A stretch of 63,318 bases of DNA, counting the filler, from Octopus bimaculoides (taxonomy: Eukaryota), in assembly GCF_001194135.2 (NCBI RefSeq). It is 6 parts of 5 records of this genome, joined end to end, with 100 filler letters (N's around TTAATTAATTAA, not from the genome) between each part and the next. Parts side by side here need not be neighbours in the genome. Positions count along the whole stretch, not along the records: positions 1 to 10,272 come from NC_068983.1; positions 10,373 to 31,055 come from NC_068981.1; 4 more parts are not named here. One strand, written 5' to 3'. A model generated the notes under the pieces. It saw nothing but the letters and a program-made list of their open reading frames with translations, was not told the origin of the DNA and searched no databases. The position numbers and the translations under genes were made by a program. How positions within the stretch are numbered: position 1 is the stretch's first letter; the number at the start of each line of letters is the position of its first letter. Below are positions 1 to 13,345 of this stretch, piece after piece.

Positions 1-1449
1 GTGTGTTTGTTATAGAGCAACAGACAGCAGGAGAAAGAAGGGTCGGCGGTGGCGAAGGACAGCTAAACAGAGACAGCGTTAGGCGGAACTAATGCATCAA
101 TTATATTATTGCCAGTCGCCGGCTGTAAATTTGAACAGGTGAGTAAGTTAGCTTAGCTTGCAAGATAGCGAGGGTGTAGAGGTGGGGGAGGAGGAGAGAG
201 AGAGAAAGAAATATAGAAAATACTACGGATATATAATAAACAAACTCAAAAGTGTGGTCGTCGCGTGGGAACCGGTAATTATTGAACTGTACACGCTCCT
301 ACAAATATTTATTACACTTAGATATACACACACACACACACACCATGTACACACGCATACACATTTACACAATCATATGCCTATCCATACACATATGAAC
401 ATGTATATGCGCACATACATACACATATACATACGCATATGATCATGTATACACATATACTGACAGAGGCTCCGACGCACATCTATCCATGCGCACAGCC
501 ATATATACTGGCAAACAGGTAAAGGAGATGAGCTGTCTACCTGTCTGTCTATTGTATTTTCTCACGGACTGCGATGTGAGCAAGATAACAGCACATTACT
601 CATACAGCGGCAGATTTTATAACGAAACAAATTGCAAACAAACATAAAACAAAATGACTAAAAAACATAATAGACAAATAAAAAAAAAACAAATATATAC
701 AGGTGTAATTATAAGCGTTTCTCTATTTTGCTTCATTGAATATATTAATTATCATTACGGGTTGGCGGGAGAGGGGGAGGGGGAGAATGGCAGATAGACG
801 CCTCTTTTAGTGCGTTACTGTCACAAGATGCTTCTATTGCATTCTTTGAAAGAGGAAGATGGTTAACACTACTGCTGAGCTTGGGGACAACAGTCAACCA
901 TTATAGACTGGTAGGTATACACTCACTCACGTATACATACATACATATATAAGTTAAATAAATACGAAAATATATTCGTGTTTGTATACACACACTGATA
1001 CATATATACATGCACACGTGTGTTTATACATTCACGTATATATATATATATATATATATATAAGCATTCGTGTATAAATGTATGTGTGCGTGTGTATGCA
1101 TATATACATGAGTATATGATTGTCTATATATGTATGTATGGCACCAGCCTGATCATTGTTTTATCTTACACATTCCCACGCTAGCATGGGTCAGGTGGAT
1201 TTCGTTGAGGCAGATTTTCTATAGCTAACTGTCCTTCCTGTCTATGCACACAAACACACACATTATGTGTGTGTATATTATTTATATACACACACATAAG
1301 TATACATTTATACATAAAAGTGTATCTGTTTGTGTGTGTGTTTACCAAGAGCTAAGTTTGAATTCCCCCACCCCAACCATCGCTATCTTGATAAAGAATG
1401 GTCCTCATTTCGAAATACCATCACTGGAACAGTAAAAAGTGTCATTGAT

Positions 1450-2430
1450 TTCACCAAAAAGGGATTCAGTATTGGTTCGACAACAACAACGATGAAAAGC
1501 GCAACACGAGCATGACCAAAGATGGCGTCTTGAAAAGACCGGTTGTCAAAAATTCAAACATCAATATCAAGTCTAAAACAGAGTAAAACAGAACGACTGG
1601 TGGCAACAGAAGGCAATAAAGCTTTAGGACTTCAGCAGATCTTAGAAATATCTTCGCTTGGACGATACAATTGTTTGACTCAGAAGATTGTCCATTGACG
1701 ATTGCACTAACTGCAGACGACACCAACAACCTGACAGATTCACGAGATAGCGTCTCTCGAACGCTGGGGGGAAAACTCATTTTCCTCACTGTTGAAAGAG
1801 AAGTTGATAACAGCAGATGGTTTCGTGAGAAATGTCCCACGTGAGTCCGAGCAACTATGAATGGGTGCACAACCATTTTTTCCAGAGTGTGGAAACTCCA
1901 TGAACAGAGTGAAGCCACAAAAATCCCCAGGAGCTCACAACATTTCTCTTGAATCACTGAAACACGGAGTGAGGGGCTACTTCTCAAAACCAGGCTTTTC
2001 TCTTTGATCCTAAAAGCGCTGGAAGATCGCAGAGTCCCAAATAAATTTTGCAATTATTATCGTCGTCTTCAAGAAAAGAGGTCGAAAATCTTGTGGAAAT
2101 TATTGTAGAATGTTATTGCTGCCCGCTGCAGGATAAAATATTTCAAGATTCGTTGTACAATTGACGAGTTTCAGAGTAAAAGAGAAACAGAACAACAGAA
2201 AGCACTTTTCCTTGTCTTCTATGAACGACAACAGGCTTTTGATAGCTTTATCAAGAGAAACCATGTGAATGGTTCTAAATGCTTTGGTTAACCAAACGAC
2301 TTCACCTCAATGGTTCAAGTATTGTATGAGGGTATGTAGGGTCATGTTGCTTTTTATCAAAATAATCTTTCTAAAGTTCCCGATTATATGTAGAATGAAG
2401 CGGAGTTGCATTCTTGCACCAATGCCTTTC
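1450..2430 (+). mobile_element. Decayed RTE-clade LINE, linker to RT domain
   Basis: Frameshifted translations YWFDNNNDE, NDWWQQKA, KSPGAHNISLESLKHG, FKKRGRKSCGNY, VFYERQQAFDS, PNDFTSMVQVLYEGM and GVKQGCVLAP-like sequence, in RTE ORF order. Confidence 0.8.
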
Positions 2431-3994
2431 TTATACTTGTGTCTGTGACGTATTTTTAACATCGTCCAGGCAAACCAGAGGGAGCCTCTGTATGGTTGCT
2501 CTGTCCGCTAGACATAAAACCTAAATCTATAAACTACATCCTCACTTTTAGCACTGTGATCGATAAATGTAATATGAAAAAAAAAAAAGATACTGGATAG
2601 TCCTGGTTGGAACGCCTTCGGTCATAGGTCTGCCCAAGGGTCAGGGCTGACCTGGAGTAAAATAATTTTAAGAGAAAGACGATATCTCCCTTATAACGAA
2701 CTGCTTTCGAAGCTCAAGAACTGAAAGATTGGCTGAGAGTATTGTATTGTCCGTGCATTCTCTGTCTGCCAACCCTCTTCACTTTGATTGTCAATATTGA
2801 CAAATGGACAATGGTCAGCAAAGTTTAGGACACGTTTAGAAACGTGTAGCAACTCACCTGATAAAAAGAAAACAGTGTGTTTGCTGAAACGTGCTGAGAA
2901 GACGAGGGTCTGTAATAAAGTTCGAAGATAAAAAGTAATAGGTTGGTAACACAATACAGTGTCAATACCTTTCGTGTAAGCTTCATTTCATATTAATTGG
3001 AATGGAAGTTGTGGCTTTCATTAACTGTTTCTTCACCTTATTTGCTTCCGGGTATATAAAGATGCTAGCCATGCACACACACACACACACACACACACGT
3101 ATTTACTAACGTTTGACGTCTACAGAAAACGTGGGCTCGTGTCCCACGGGTAGCCTTCGACTTTTTCTATCCCAAGGGGTTTTAATCCAATATTTACACG
3201 CTATTATTTATAGTCCTATCTACTTCGAGTCCCACCGATAAAACCGAATTATTTCATGTCCTTTCAAAATCTCCAAATTCACTCACTCACAAAAACATTA
3301 AGTCAGTTTCTGAAAGTATAGTTTGAAAAATCTATTTCGCTAAACTCTGGAACCATTCTCACTTAGAGGANNNNNNNNNNNNNNNNNNNNNNNNNNNNNN
3401 NNNNNNNNNNNNNNNNNNNNNNNNNNNNNNNNNNNNNNNNNNNNNNNNNNNNNNNNNNNNNNNNNNNNNNNNNNNNNNNNNNNNNNNNNNNNNNNNNNNN
3501 NNNNNNNNNNNNNNNNNNNNNNNNNNNNNNNNNNNNNNNNNNNNNNNNNNNNNNNNNNNNNNNNNNNNNNNNNNNNNNNNNNNNNNNNNNNNNNNNNNNN
3601 NNNNNNNNNNNNNNNNNNNNNNNNNNNNNNNNNNNNNNNNNNNNNNNNNNNNNNNNNNNNNNNNNNNNNNNNNNNNNNNNNNNNNNNNNNNNNNNNNNNN
3701 NNNNNNNNNNNNNNNNNNNNNNNNNNNNNNNNNNNNNNNNNNNNNNNNNNNNNNNNNNNNNNNNNNNNNNNNNNNNNNNNNNNNNNNNNNNNNNNNNNNN
3801 NNNNNNNNNNNNNNNNNNNNNNNNNNNNNNNNNNNNNNNNNNNNNNNNNNNNNNNNNNNNNNNNNNNNNNNNNNNNNNNNNNNNNNNNNNNNNNNNNNNN
3901 NNNNNNNNNNNNNNNNNNNNNNNNNNNNNNNNNNNNNNNNNNNNNNNNNNNNNNNNNNNNNNNNNNNNNNNNNNNNNNNNNNNNNNNNNNNNNN

Positions 3995-4334
3995 AGCAAA
4001 TCGACCCCAGGACTTATTCTTTGGATGCCTAGTACTTATTCTATCGGTCTCTTTTGCCGAACCGCTAGGTTACGGGGACGTAAACACACCAGCATCGGTT
4101 GTCAAACGATGTTGGGGGACAAACACAGACATACACACACACACATATATATATATATACACATATATATACGACGGGCTTCTTTCAGTTTCCGTCTACC
4201 AAACCCACTCACAAGGCTTTGGTCGGCCCGAGGCTATAGTAGAAGACACTTGCCCAAGGTGCCACGCAGTGGGACTGAACCCGGAACCATGTGGTTGGTA
4301 AGCAAGCTACTTACCACACAGCCACTCCTACGCC
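3995..4334 (-). mobile_element. tRNA-derived SINE family A (head, internal TA/TG tract, 3' module)
   Basis: Reverse complement of the copy at 48881-49280; A box TGGCTGTGTGG, B box GGTTCAGTCCC. Confidence 0.9.
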
Positions 4335-4446
4335 TAAAGTGGATTTATATATATATAATTATTAGTTATTAGATAATAAAACGAGTGGTTTATACCTGGT
4401 AGCTTACTGATAAAGCACGCTCACTTTTAGTGTTCGTTATGTATTT

Positions 4447-4823
4447 GGTTAATGAGAGCGGAAGATGGAAGATAGAATTTTTATTAATCACCGCAATTGT
4501 TTCGACCCATCTTGCATCGATCCCTCGCGTGTGAGATACTTAGAAACTGGTTCAGGAGCATCCGACGATGTAGATGTGTCACTTCGGGTGATAAATGAAG
4601 ATATATCCTTTAATTTATTGCTTTTCTTTACACGAGCTGGGAAGATACAACTCGTTAAAATAACAGTTCCGCAATGTATCTATTTATCAGCCGGAGAGAC
4701 ACATCTACATCGCCGGATGCTCCTGAACCAGTTAAGTGTCACACACGTGAGGGATCGATGCTAGATGTGTCGAAACAATTGTAGTGATTAATAAACATTT
4801 TCGTATCTTCCATCTCTCGTTAA

Positions 4824-4825
<2 letters not shown>
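4447..4825. repeat. Foldback element: ~135-140 bp inverted arms around a ~100 bp spacer
   Basis: 4447-4587 is the reverse complement of 4691-4825 with scattered mismatches; right end abuts (TA)n. Confidence 0.9.
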
Positions 4826-4862
<37 letters not shown>

Positions 4863-5070
4863 NNNNNNNNNNNNNNNNNNNNNNNNNNNNNNNNNNNNNN
4901 NNNNNNNNNNNNNNNNNNNNNNNNNNNNNNNNNNNNNNNNNNNNNNNNNNNNNNNNNNNNNNNNNNNNNNNNNNNNNNNNNNNNNNNNNNNNNNNNNNNN
5001 NNNNNNNNNNNNNNNNNNNNNNNNNNNNNNNNNNNNNNNNNNNNNNNNNNNNNNNNNNNNNNNNNNNNNN

Positions 5071-5106
<36 letters not shown>

Positions 5107-5784
5107 ACACACACCCGCGCGTGCATATATGGGTACAGGACGTCACAAAACGTTAACATGAAATACGAAAAAACTTTCCTTTGCAAATAACGAGAGAAAC
5201 AAATGGAAAACAGGACAAGTAACATAAAGAACGACCCTTCATCAGTTGTCGGTTGTTTATCTATTCTACATTTCGATCAGATAATTTTTATGTCCACCTT
5301 AACATTGACGCCCTGTTAGAACACCAACAATTTGTAATTTTGAAATTCTGTATATGGACATCAGCGTCTGAAACGTAACTGCTACCTTAACTGCTGTCAT
5401 TAAAAGATTCGTGAATACTTCATTTATTATCCTCACATCTGCAATTAAAAGTGGAATGATTGCTTCTGATATTTAGAATATTTCAAAGAGAACATACCTG
5501 TGTTTCGGTTTATTTCGACCTTAAATCCACTGTCAAATATCTCTTACAGAAATACATTATCTGTGTCTCATGATTCACGACAGCAAAAGACACTAAAGTA
5601 ACCTTGGGGACGATCCAAAAATCGTTGTTGTTAACCAAATTCCAGCGATGGGGATCTGTTTCTTTGTTGGAAACCAGTGCCTTCCTTCATACAGGAATTC
5701 TAATAAAGAGAAAAAAAAAGGAAGGAACCTGCATAAATTTAAGCAAGTCTTGTCGGTAGTCCAAGGGTTCCTACGTTGCCCGTT

Positions 5785-5985
5785 TTATTTTTTGGCGTTT
5801 AAGTGACCGTGATCAGATGAACCCTTCCCTCTTGAATGGGACGTCAGTGCGTCCCAGGGTCGTTCTTTCACAGCTAAGAGAAGAATCCAGTAACGAGGAA
5901 TTTTGCTCAAGGACACGACGCACTGCTCGGTCCGGGGATCGAAACCGATCATGAGCGCTACACCTAAACCACTTGGCAACGCACC
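5785..5985 (-). mobile_element. tRNA-derived SINE of another family
   Basis: Minus strand has tRNA-like boxes (ccaagtggtttagg, ggtttcgatccccgg) followed by the common SINE body motif gtgtccttgagcaa. Confidence 0.7.
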
Positions 5986-6100
5986 TTTACACACACATAC
6001 CTGTGTGCACGCCATTATCTACCTTTTCTCCTCTTACGCAGGTATGCTTAACTCATTATTATTCATTTGCTACGGCTCGGCAGAGAGGTGTACAGGTGAG

Positions 6101-6134
<34 letters not shown>

Positions 6135-7211
6135 TATGTTGATTATGGTCTTGTTACTAAGGTGTTTTCCCGCGACCCGACACCGCCGCCACCATGACCG
6201 CATTAGCAATAACAACAACAACGATGATAATCAGGACGACAACAATAAGAAGCATTTCGTTGTTTCTCTTGCACGTGGGAACGTGAGGCAGAGACGGTCT
6301 CCACGCCTCACCCAACCTGTAACCCGACTCCATCTGTCACATCATTAAACAACCTCTGTTGCATTCACTTTTTTCTAGCGCCACATCCCCCCATCCCCCG
6401 TCACCGCCTTCCATTATGGCTTTACGCATTTTGTTTCAATTCTAACTTCATCACACACACACACACAATTGTGTATGTATTTCTTTTTATTTTCTGATTT
6501 CATTTACTATTATTATTATTATTATTATTGTTGTTATTATTATTATTATTATTTCCTTTTCATTTTTCTGTTTATCTTTCATTCACACATTTTTTCTTGT
6601 CCTTTTCTTTCCTTCTGTTATTTCGTTTTACTATCACTTCTCTCTCTCCCTCTCCCTCTCTCTCATATATACATATATTTATTTACCTATCTTTCTGTTT
6701 ACCTATCAATCTTTATCCATATTTACCTATTTACCCCCNNNNNNNNNNNNNNNNNNNNNNNNNNNNNNNNNNNNNNNNNNNNNNNNNNNNNNNNNNNNNN
6801 NNNNNNNNNNNNNNNNNNNNNNNNNNNNNNNNNNNNNNNNNNNNNNNNNNNNNNNNNNNNNNNNNNNNNNNNNNNNNNNNNNNNNNNNNNNNNNNNNNNN
6901 NNNNNNNNNNNNNNNNNNNNNNNNNNNNNNNNNNNNNNNNNNNNNNNNNNNNNNNNNNNNNNNNNNNNNNNNNNNNNNNNNNNNNNNNNNNNNNNNNNNN
7001 NNNNNNNNNNNNNNNNNNNNNNNNNNNNNNNNNNNNNNNNNNNNNNNNNNNNNNNNNNNNNNNNNNNNNNNNNNNNNNNNNNNNNNNNNNNNNNNNNNNN
7101 NNNNNNNNNNNNNNNNNNNNNNNNNNNNNNATACCTATATACGCGCGCACACACACACACACACACAAGTGTATAAATAGACACATATGTACATACATAT
7201 ATATATATATA

Positions 7212-7242
<31 letters not shown>

Positions 7243-7309
7243 GGCAGTGCCCCAGTATGGCCACAGCTCATGAGCTGAAACTAGATAAAATGAAAAATAT
7301 ATATATGTA

Positions 7310-7510
7310 TACTCTTATTCTTTTACCTGTTTCAGTCATTTGATTGTGGCCATGCTGGAGCATCGCCTTTAGTCGAATAAATCGACCCCAGGACTAATTC
7401 TTTGTAAGCCTAATACTTATTTTATCGCTCTATTTTGCTGAACCGCTAAGTTACAGAGACATAAACACACCAACATCGGCTGTCAAACGATGGTGAGGGT
7501 ACAAACACAC
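7310..7510 (-). mobile_element. SINE family A, 3' half
   Basis: Matches the 3' module of 48881-49280; lies tail-to-tail with a + strand variant tail at 7243-7290. Confidence 0.85.
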
Positions 7511-7766
7511 ATACAAATATATATAAGTGTTCAATAAACCATGTTTACAGATGTAAGACATTATAATATATAAAGTGCTTATGTGACATTTGGTTACTCT
7601 AGTAACTATATCTGCGGATCTTCCCTTGAAAATTATACATACATACATACATGACTAACCCGTTTGATGTTGTCTAAATTCTACGGAAAGTGTCTTGTTT
7701 CTAAGCTAGAAACAGATTCTTTCTCCATTGCAGAGAAATTCGAAAAATAAAATCAAGAATGAATAT

Positions 7767-7797
<31 letters not shown>

Positions 7798-8931
7798 AAC
7801 AAAAAAAAACAGATATATCGAATACCATACAACATAAATCTTGGAGTCAATAAAATTAGCTCTGCCTGCAGAGGAAATGTTTCAATTTCGAAATGGCAGT
7901 TGAGAAAATCTCCATCGGAGGAAAAATAATCTCAAGAATAAAATATTCTCCAAAATTGAAATACCGTTAAAGAAAAGAAGAGGCCGAAGATAAGTGGTCA
8001 GTCATGGACACGTGTTTCTGCTGACAGTTGCCCTGTTTCTAGAAAGTAAAGGATTTATACAAAATGAGTAGAACACAGTTACGACCTGGGTAATTCCCGT
8101 TAATTAAACAAAAATGAGCTTAGAGAAACAACACAGAGTGACCAGTGGTTTGTTTATGAACAACACTGACCGATAAAGGTCTATCAAATACCATACAACA
8201 AAAATTCTTGATGTATTAAAACTATCTTCACCTCTAGAGGATATGACACAATTACTAAATGTAAATTAACAACGGCCCAATTTGAAACGAACAACATCAA
8301 TGAGGTCGTTTGTTTTCTATTCTTTCTAATATACATACATACATATTTATTTATATTNNNNNNNNNNNNNNNNNNNNNNNNNNNNNNNNNNNNNNNNNNN
8401 NNNNNNNNNNNNNNNNNNNNNNNNNNNNNNNNNNNNNNNNNNNNNNNNNNNNNNNNNNNNNNNNNNNNNNNNNNNNNNNNNNNNNNNNNNNNNNNNNNNN
8501 NNNNNNNNNNNNNNNNNNNNNNNNNNNNNNNNNNNNNNNNNNNNNNNNNNNNNNNNNNNNNNNNNNNNNNNNNNNNNNNNNNNNNNNNNNNNNNNNNNNN
8601 NNNNNNNNNNNNNNNNNNNNNNNNNNNNNNNNNNNNNNNNNNNNNNNNNNNNNNNNNNNNNNNNNNNNNNNNNNNNNNNNNNNNNNNNNNNNNNNNNNNN
8701 NNNNNNNNNNNNNNNNNNNNNNNNNNNNNNNNNNNNNNNNNNNNNNNNNNNNNNNNNNNNNNNNNNNNNNNNNNNNNNNNNNNNNNNNNNNNNNNNNNNN
8801 NNNNNNNNNNNNNNNNNNNNNNNNNNNNNNNNNNNNNNNNNNNNNNNNNNNNNNNNNNNNNNNNNNNNNNNNNNNNNNNNNNNNNNNNNNNNNNNNNNNN
8901 NNNNNNNNNNNNNNNNNNNNNNNNNNNNNNN

Positions 8932-8966
<35 letters not shown>

Positions 8967-9626
8967 GCATGCATGAATATATGCATATGAATGTATAGGA
9001 CGAGTTTCCGTACAGTTTCACCGAAAGTGAAACAGTGTAGTACGCCGATTTATCCACCAACCACAACTTAACTGGCTTTGAAGTGTTAACAGGAAACACG
9101 TTCAAAAACTGCATGCACCAACACAAAAGCTCATTCCGTCACGATGAAACAATATTTCAACACGTTTTGGAATTAAAAAATGCAGGAATAAGCACAAACA
9201 GAGCGTGAACATTGACAGTCAATACTCCTGTATATGGAAACGGGTCCAAGATTCCCCTAATCCAAGCCCAAAACAAACGATCCGACCTCAATCTCAGTCC
9301 CATCTTACTGCCACAGATCAAAGTTCCTGCTGACCAACTTAAAAGCAGACTCGCCCCCTCCTAATACCTGATGAAAAACTGGACACCGGACAACACGCCG
9401 TCACACATACGCGTCCATGCGCACTCACATTCGTATGCACGCACACACATGTATAGATACATATACACATAAAAATCTTGTGTGTGCGTGTATATATGGG
9501 CATACATACATACATACATACAGACAGACAGACAGATGGGTGGGTGGCGAGATGAATGAAAATCGAGAATTGGTAATGGTAAACATGAAGACGTAATATT
9601 GTTGAAAGGGTTGGCAAGTAAGGAGA

Positions 9627-9627
<1 letters not shown>

Positions 9628-9661
<34 letters not shown>

Positions 9662-9770
9662 GAGAGAGAAAGAGAGAGAAAGGGAGAGAGAGAGAGAGAG
9701 AGAGAAAGGGAGAGAGAGAGAGAGAGGGAGAGAGAAAGAGAGAGAGAGAGAAAGAGAGAGAGAGAGTGAT
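9628..9770. repeat. (GA)n microsatellite
   Basis: Direct inspection. Confidence 0.95.
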
Positions 9771-10272
9771 CTGAGTGAGTGACTGAAATATTCCGGAAGA
9801 AATTGAAGCAGTTCGACAATGATGATGACGATGATAATGATGTTGATGAGGATGGTGACGAGGATGGAGTTTGTGGTGACAGTGTTTTGATTAGGGAGGG
9901 GGATGCGGTGAGTGGTTGTTCATGTGGTATGGATGGTAGTTGAAGTGGTGAAGATGAGACAGCCGAAGCCGTTGAAGTAGTAGTAGTAATGGTTGTGGTG
10001 GTGGTTATGTGTACACTACTCACGCGGTCGCGCGTATCGGAAAAGAAAGCAAGAAAGAACGTGAATAAAGAGAATTAAAACAAACAATACACGAAAAAAA
10101 AAAGAACGACAGGCAGAGCATGGAGAGAGAGAGAGGAGTGGGGGGGAGAGCAGTGAGGCAGAGGCACGTGGGAACCACGGCAGTGAGCCGGACTCACGCT
10201 CCGCTTTCGGTTTACAAGCGTTTGCCGAGCTCAGGCTGCTTGTGGCGGCGGCGGCGGCGGCGATAAAGAAAG

Positions 10273-10372
10273 NNNNNNNNNNNNNNNNNNNNNNNNNNNN
10301 NNNNNNNNNNNNNNNNTTAATTAATTAANNNNNNNNNNNNNNNNNNNNNNNNNNNNNNNNNNNNNNNNNNNN
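10273..10372. other. Assembly spacer N44-TTAATTAATTAA-N44 (12-mer also at 31100, 40416, 46801, 54043)
   Basis: Identical palindromic 12-mer with stops in all six frames, centred in ~100 bp of N, five times. Confidence 0.95.
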
Positions 10373-10399
10373 TATATATATATGCAAATATGTATATCC

Positions 10400-10476
10400 A
10401 TCTATCTATGTATCTATGTATCTATCTATACATATATAGATAGATAGGTAAAGAGATAGATGTATACATACATAGG

Positions 10477-10513
<37 letters not shown>

Positions 10514-10514
10514 G

Positions 10515-10556
<42 letters not shown>
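10400..10556. repeat. (GATA)n-type microsatellite
   Basis: Direct inspection. Confidence 0.95.
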
Positions 10557-11504
10557 CACATATATGCACGAGTATGGTGTGTGAGTCTGTTGGTGCATAC
10601 CACTATATAATGTGAATGCATGTGCGTGATTACTTCATAGTGTATTTATTTACATAAATGTTACATAAATTATTATATGTGTGATTTTTATTTGTTTCAA
10701 CTCTCATCATTACATTCAATTACCTATGTGTTCTTTCTCACATTCATCCTCTCCTTCATTCATTTGAATCTGCATGGCTCTTATTCTATCACTATATATG
10801 TAAGCGTATAACGAAAGAGATAAATAATTATATATTGATGATTACGATGAGATATTTGTGTCTCAAATATGCGTGTTATTACTTTACATACAACGCAATA
10901 TGTGACAAATGATAAACTTACAGAAATCCTCTCAAAAAGCAGCAATGGAAATGAGAATTTAGATGAAAAACAAAATAATATATATCAAAAAATAAAGCAT
11001 AACTAAAATGTTACCATGAAAGGTATCTGGCTATTACAATCTCTGTTGAAAATGTTATTACTTTTCCTCACTAAAAAACAATTAGGCAACATTATATTTC
11101 ATTTCATTTTCCGTTTTAAATGTTAACGCTATCCTATGTAGATCTATCTACTGATATATTTACACACAAACACACAGCCAAACACATACACACATATTTA
11201 TACTTGTACATATATATATATATATATATATANNNNNNNNNNNNNNNNNNNNNNNNNNNNNNNNNNNNNNNNNNNNNNNNNNNNNNNNNNNNNNNNNNNN
11301 NNNNNNNNNNNNNNNNNNNNNNNNNNNNNNNNNNNNNNNNNNNNNNNNNNNNNNNNNNNNNNNNNNNNNNNNNNNNNNNNNNNNNNNNNNNNNNNNNNNN
11401 NNNNNNNNNNNNNNNNNNNNNNNNNNNNNNNNNNNNNNNNNNNNNNNNNNNNNNNNNNNNNNNNNNNNNNNNNNNNNNNNNNNNNNNNNNNNNNNNNNNN
11501 NNNN

Positions 11505-11543
<39 letters not shown>

Positions 11544-11942
11544 TACATAATAGTTATTGGGAAATTACGCCAAGCATGATAACGCTATGGAAATTTATTT
11601 GATAATCACCAACATAACCTGTGATCAAAAGAATGCGATTAAAAGTGGAGATGTAATTGATATGAAAGGGGAATTATGAAAGCGAAATTTTATATTGATG
11701 ATATCATTGTCCATGAAAATAATCATTATCAACATTCAAAATGGAACCATTCAGAGGAATCGATAAAGAATGATGTATTCCTATTTATTAGGGAAGTGAA
11801 TTATTTTCTGATATAAAATAGATATTGAAATAGAGATAAAGGTATGCATACTAACCGCGAAATATATACATATATACATACATATATTAAGCACATCACA
11901 CGCATGCACATCATTGAATTCCACACGATCATACACCTAGCT

Positions 11943-11989
<47 letters not shown>

Positions 11990-12002
11990 TCTGTGTGTGT
12001 GT

Positions 12003-12033
<31 letters not shown>

Positions 12034-12439
12034 CCTGGGAGAGAAATTGCGCGTAGAGATGACGATAACATGATAATATTGCAACCCATTCACTGCATGC
12101 CCTAAATAGTGGACGTTCATATGTAATTATATAGTTGACAAGGAAAGACGGAGGCTTGACAGAATTTTGTCCGACTCAATATTTTGAAATTAAATCTCCC
12201 CATGTTCGAAATGGCTGTCATCACTTCGGAATCGATTAAATAATTTATATATGAGGCCAATGAAGCGACTCGACCCATTCTGAAAATTTCAGTTCGTTTG
12301 TTTAGATTAGAAAGTATTTAGTTAACACGGGTGTTTACTTAACATATTGTGGCAAATTTCATGTCACTCCAGTAACGAAATATGTGAAATCAAGTGTACT
12401 AAATATGGTTCAGTTGCAGCAAATATTCCCATCTGTGGA

Positions 12440-12790
12440 ATATAACTTCGATTGATTTCGGCTAGTTTAGGCCCAGGCCATGTCCAACATAATAGCACCA
12501 CCTGGTGATGTCTTTTAGTCACCACGGCCTACACTTGCAAAGAGTTACTTTTGTTGGAGGCATATCCGAGTGTAGGAGGTTGGTCCCATATTTTTTGAAG
12601 AAATTTGTCCTGTGAACATTTGAATTTTATAGAATCCGTTTCCGCTTTGACGTATTTTGGTATGGTATTAAAGAGAGCTGGACCGGTTGAGGTAGAATAC
12701 TTGTGGTGTAAAGTTATTATGTGTCCTGAGTTTGGTATTTGTAGTGAGCCGATAACACGGGACCAAGTCTTGGGTGGATAACATATACTG
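12440..12790 (-). mobile_element. 3' end of a CR1/L2-group LINE
   Basis: Minus translation HPRLGP...GPALFNTIPKYVKAETDSIKFKCSQDKFLQKIWDQPPTLGY, the typical C-terminal segment, then 3' UTR. Confidence 0.75.
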
Positions 12791-13063
12791 ATATAGAATT
12801 AACAAAAGCAATAAAACATACAAAACAACGTTGCAGATAAAATAAGAAAATTACGGAGACTATAATTAATGTTTTCAAATGGAATTTCAGTAAAATTTTG
12901 AATATAATATTAGAGGGAAACTGAAGTTTGTGAGTAACAACAGCAAAACTTGCCATTACAAGGTACTTCATGTTTATTTAAGAAACGTGTCCCGGTGCTC
13001 CAGCAAAAGAATAATTTTAAAGGATTGAAAAATTATAATGCTTCCAATATTTACAGAATTTTG

Positions 13064-13345
13064 AAGGCGCATATTTCAGTGTTTAGTGCATCGGGCTCAA
13101 TGTCATTAGGTAGTGACTTCGATTCCAGGACCGGACTGTGTTGTATTCTTGAAAAAGACACATTATTTCACATTGTTCCAGTTCACTAGTCTGTAGAAAT
13201 ATTTGCGACGTCACAGGTGCCAAGCTATATCGGCGTTGGCCTTTCCCTTGGCTAATATCGGTGGCGTGGAAAGGGTGGTTATGCATGGGCGACTTCTAGT
13301 TTTCAATAAACAAACTTGTCTAGACTTCATGACGGAGGTGGAGGC
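13064..13345 (+). mobile_element. tRNA-derived SINE family C
   Basis: Head ggcgcatatttcagtgtttagtgcatcgggctc...gacttcgattccaggaccgg, then gtgttgtattcttgaaaaagacac body. Confidence 0.75.

Noticed and set aside
5130-5370. Penelope-like repeat with CTGATGA on the minus strand as a possible hammerhead ribozyme
   Set aside because: I could not build stems II and III with a correctly placed GAAA; needs a covariance-model search.
6185-6286. Perfect vertebrate Kozak GCCGCCACCATG opening a 30 aa ORF
   Set aside because: Arises from a (CCG/CCA)n low-complexity run; the peptide is Thr/Ile-rich repeat translation.
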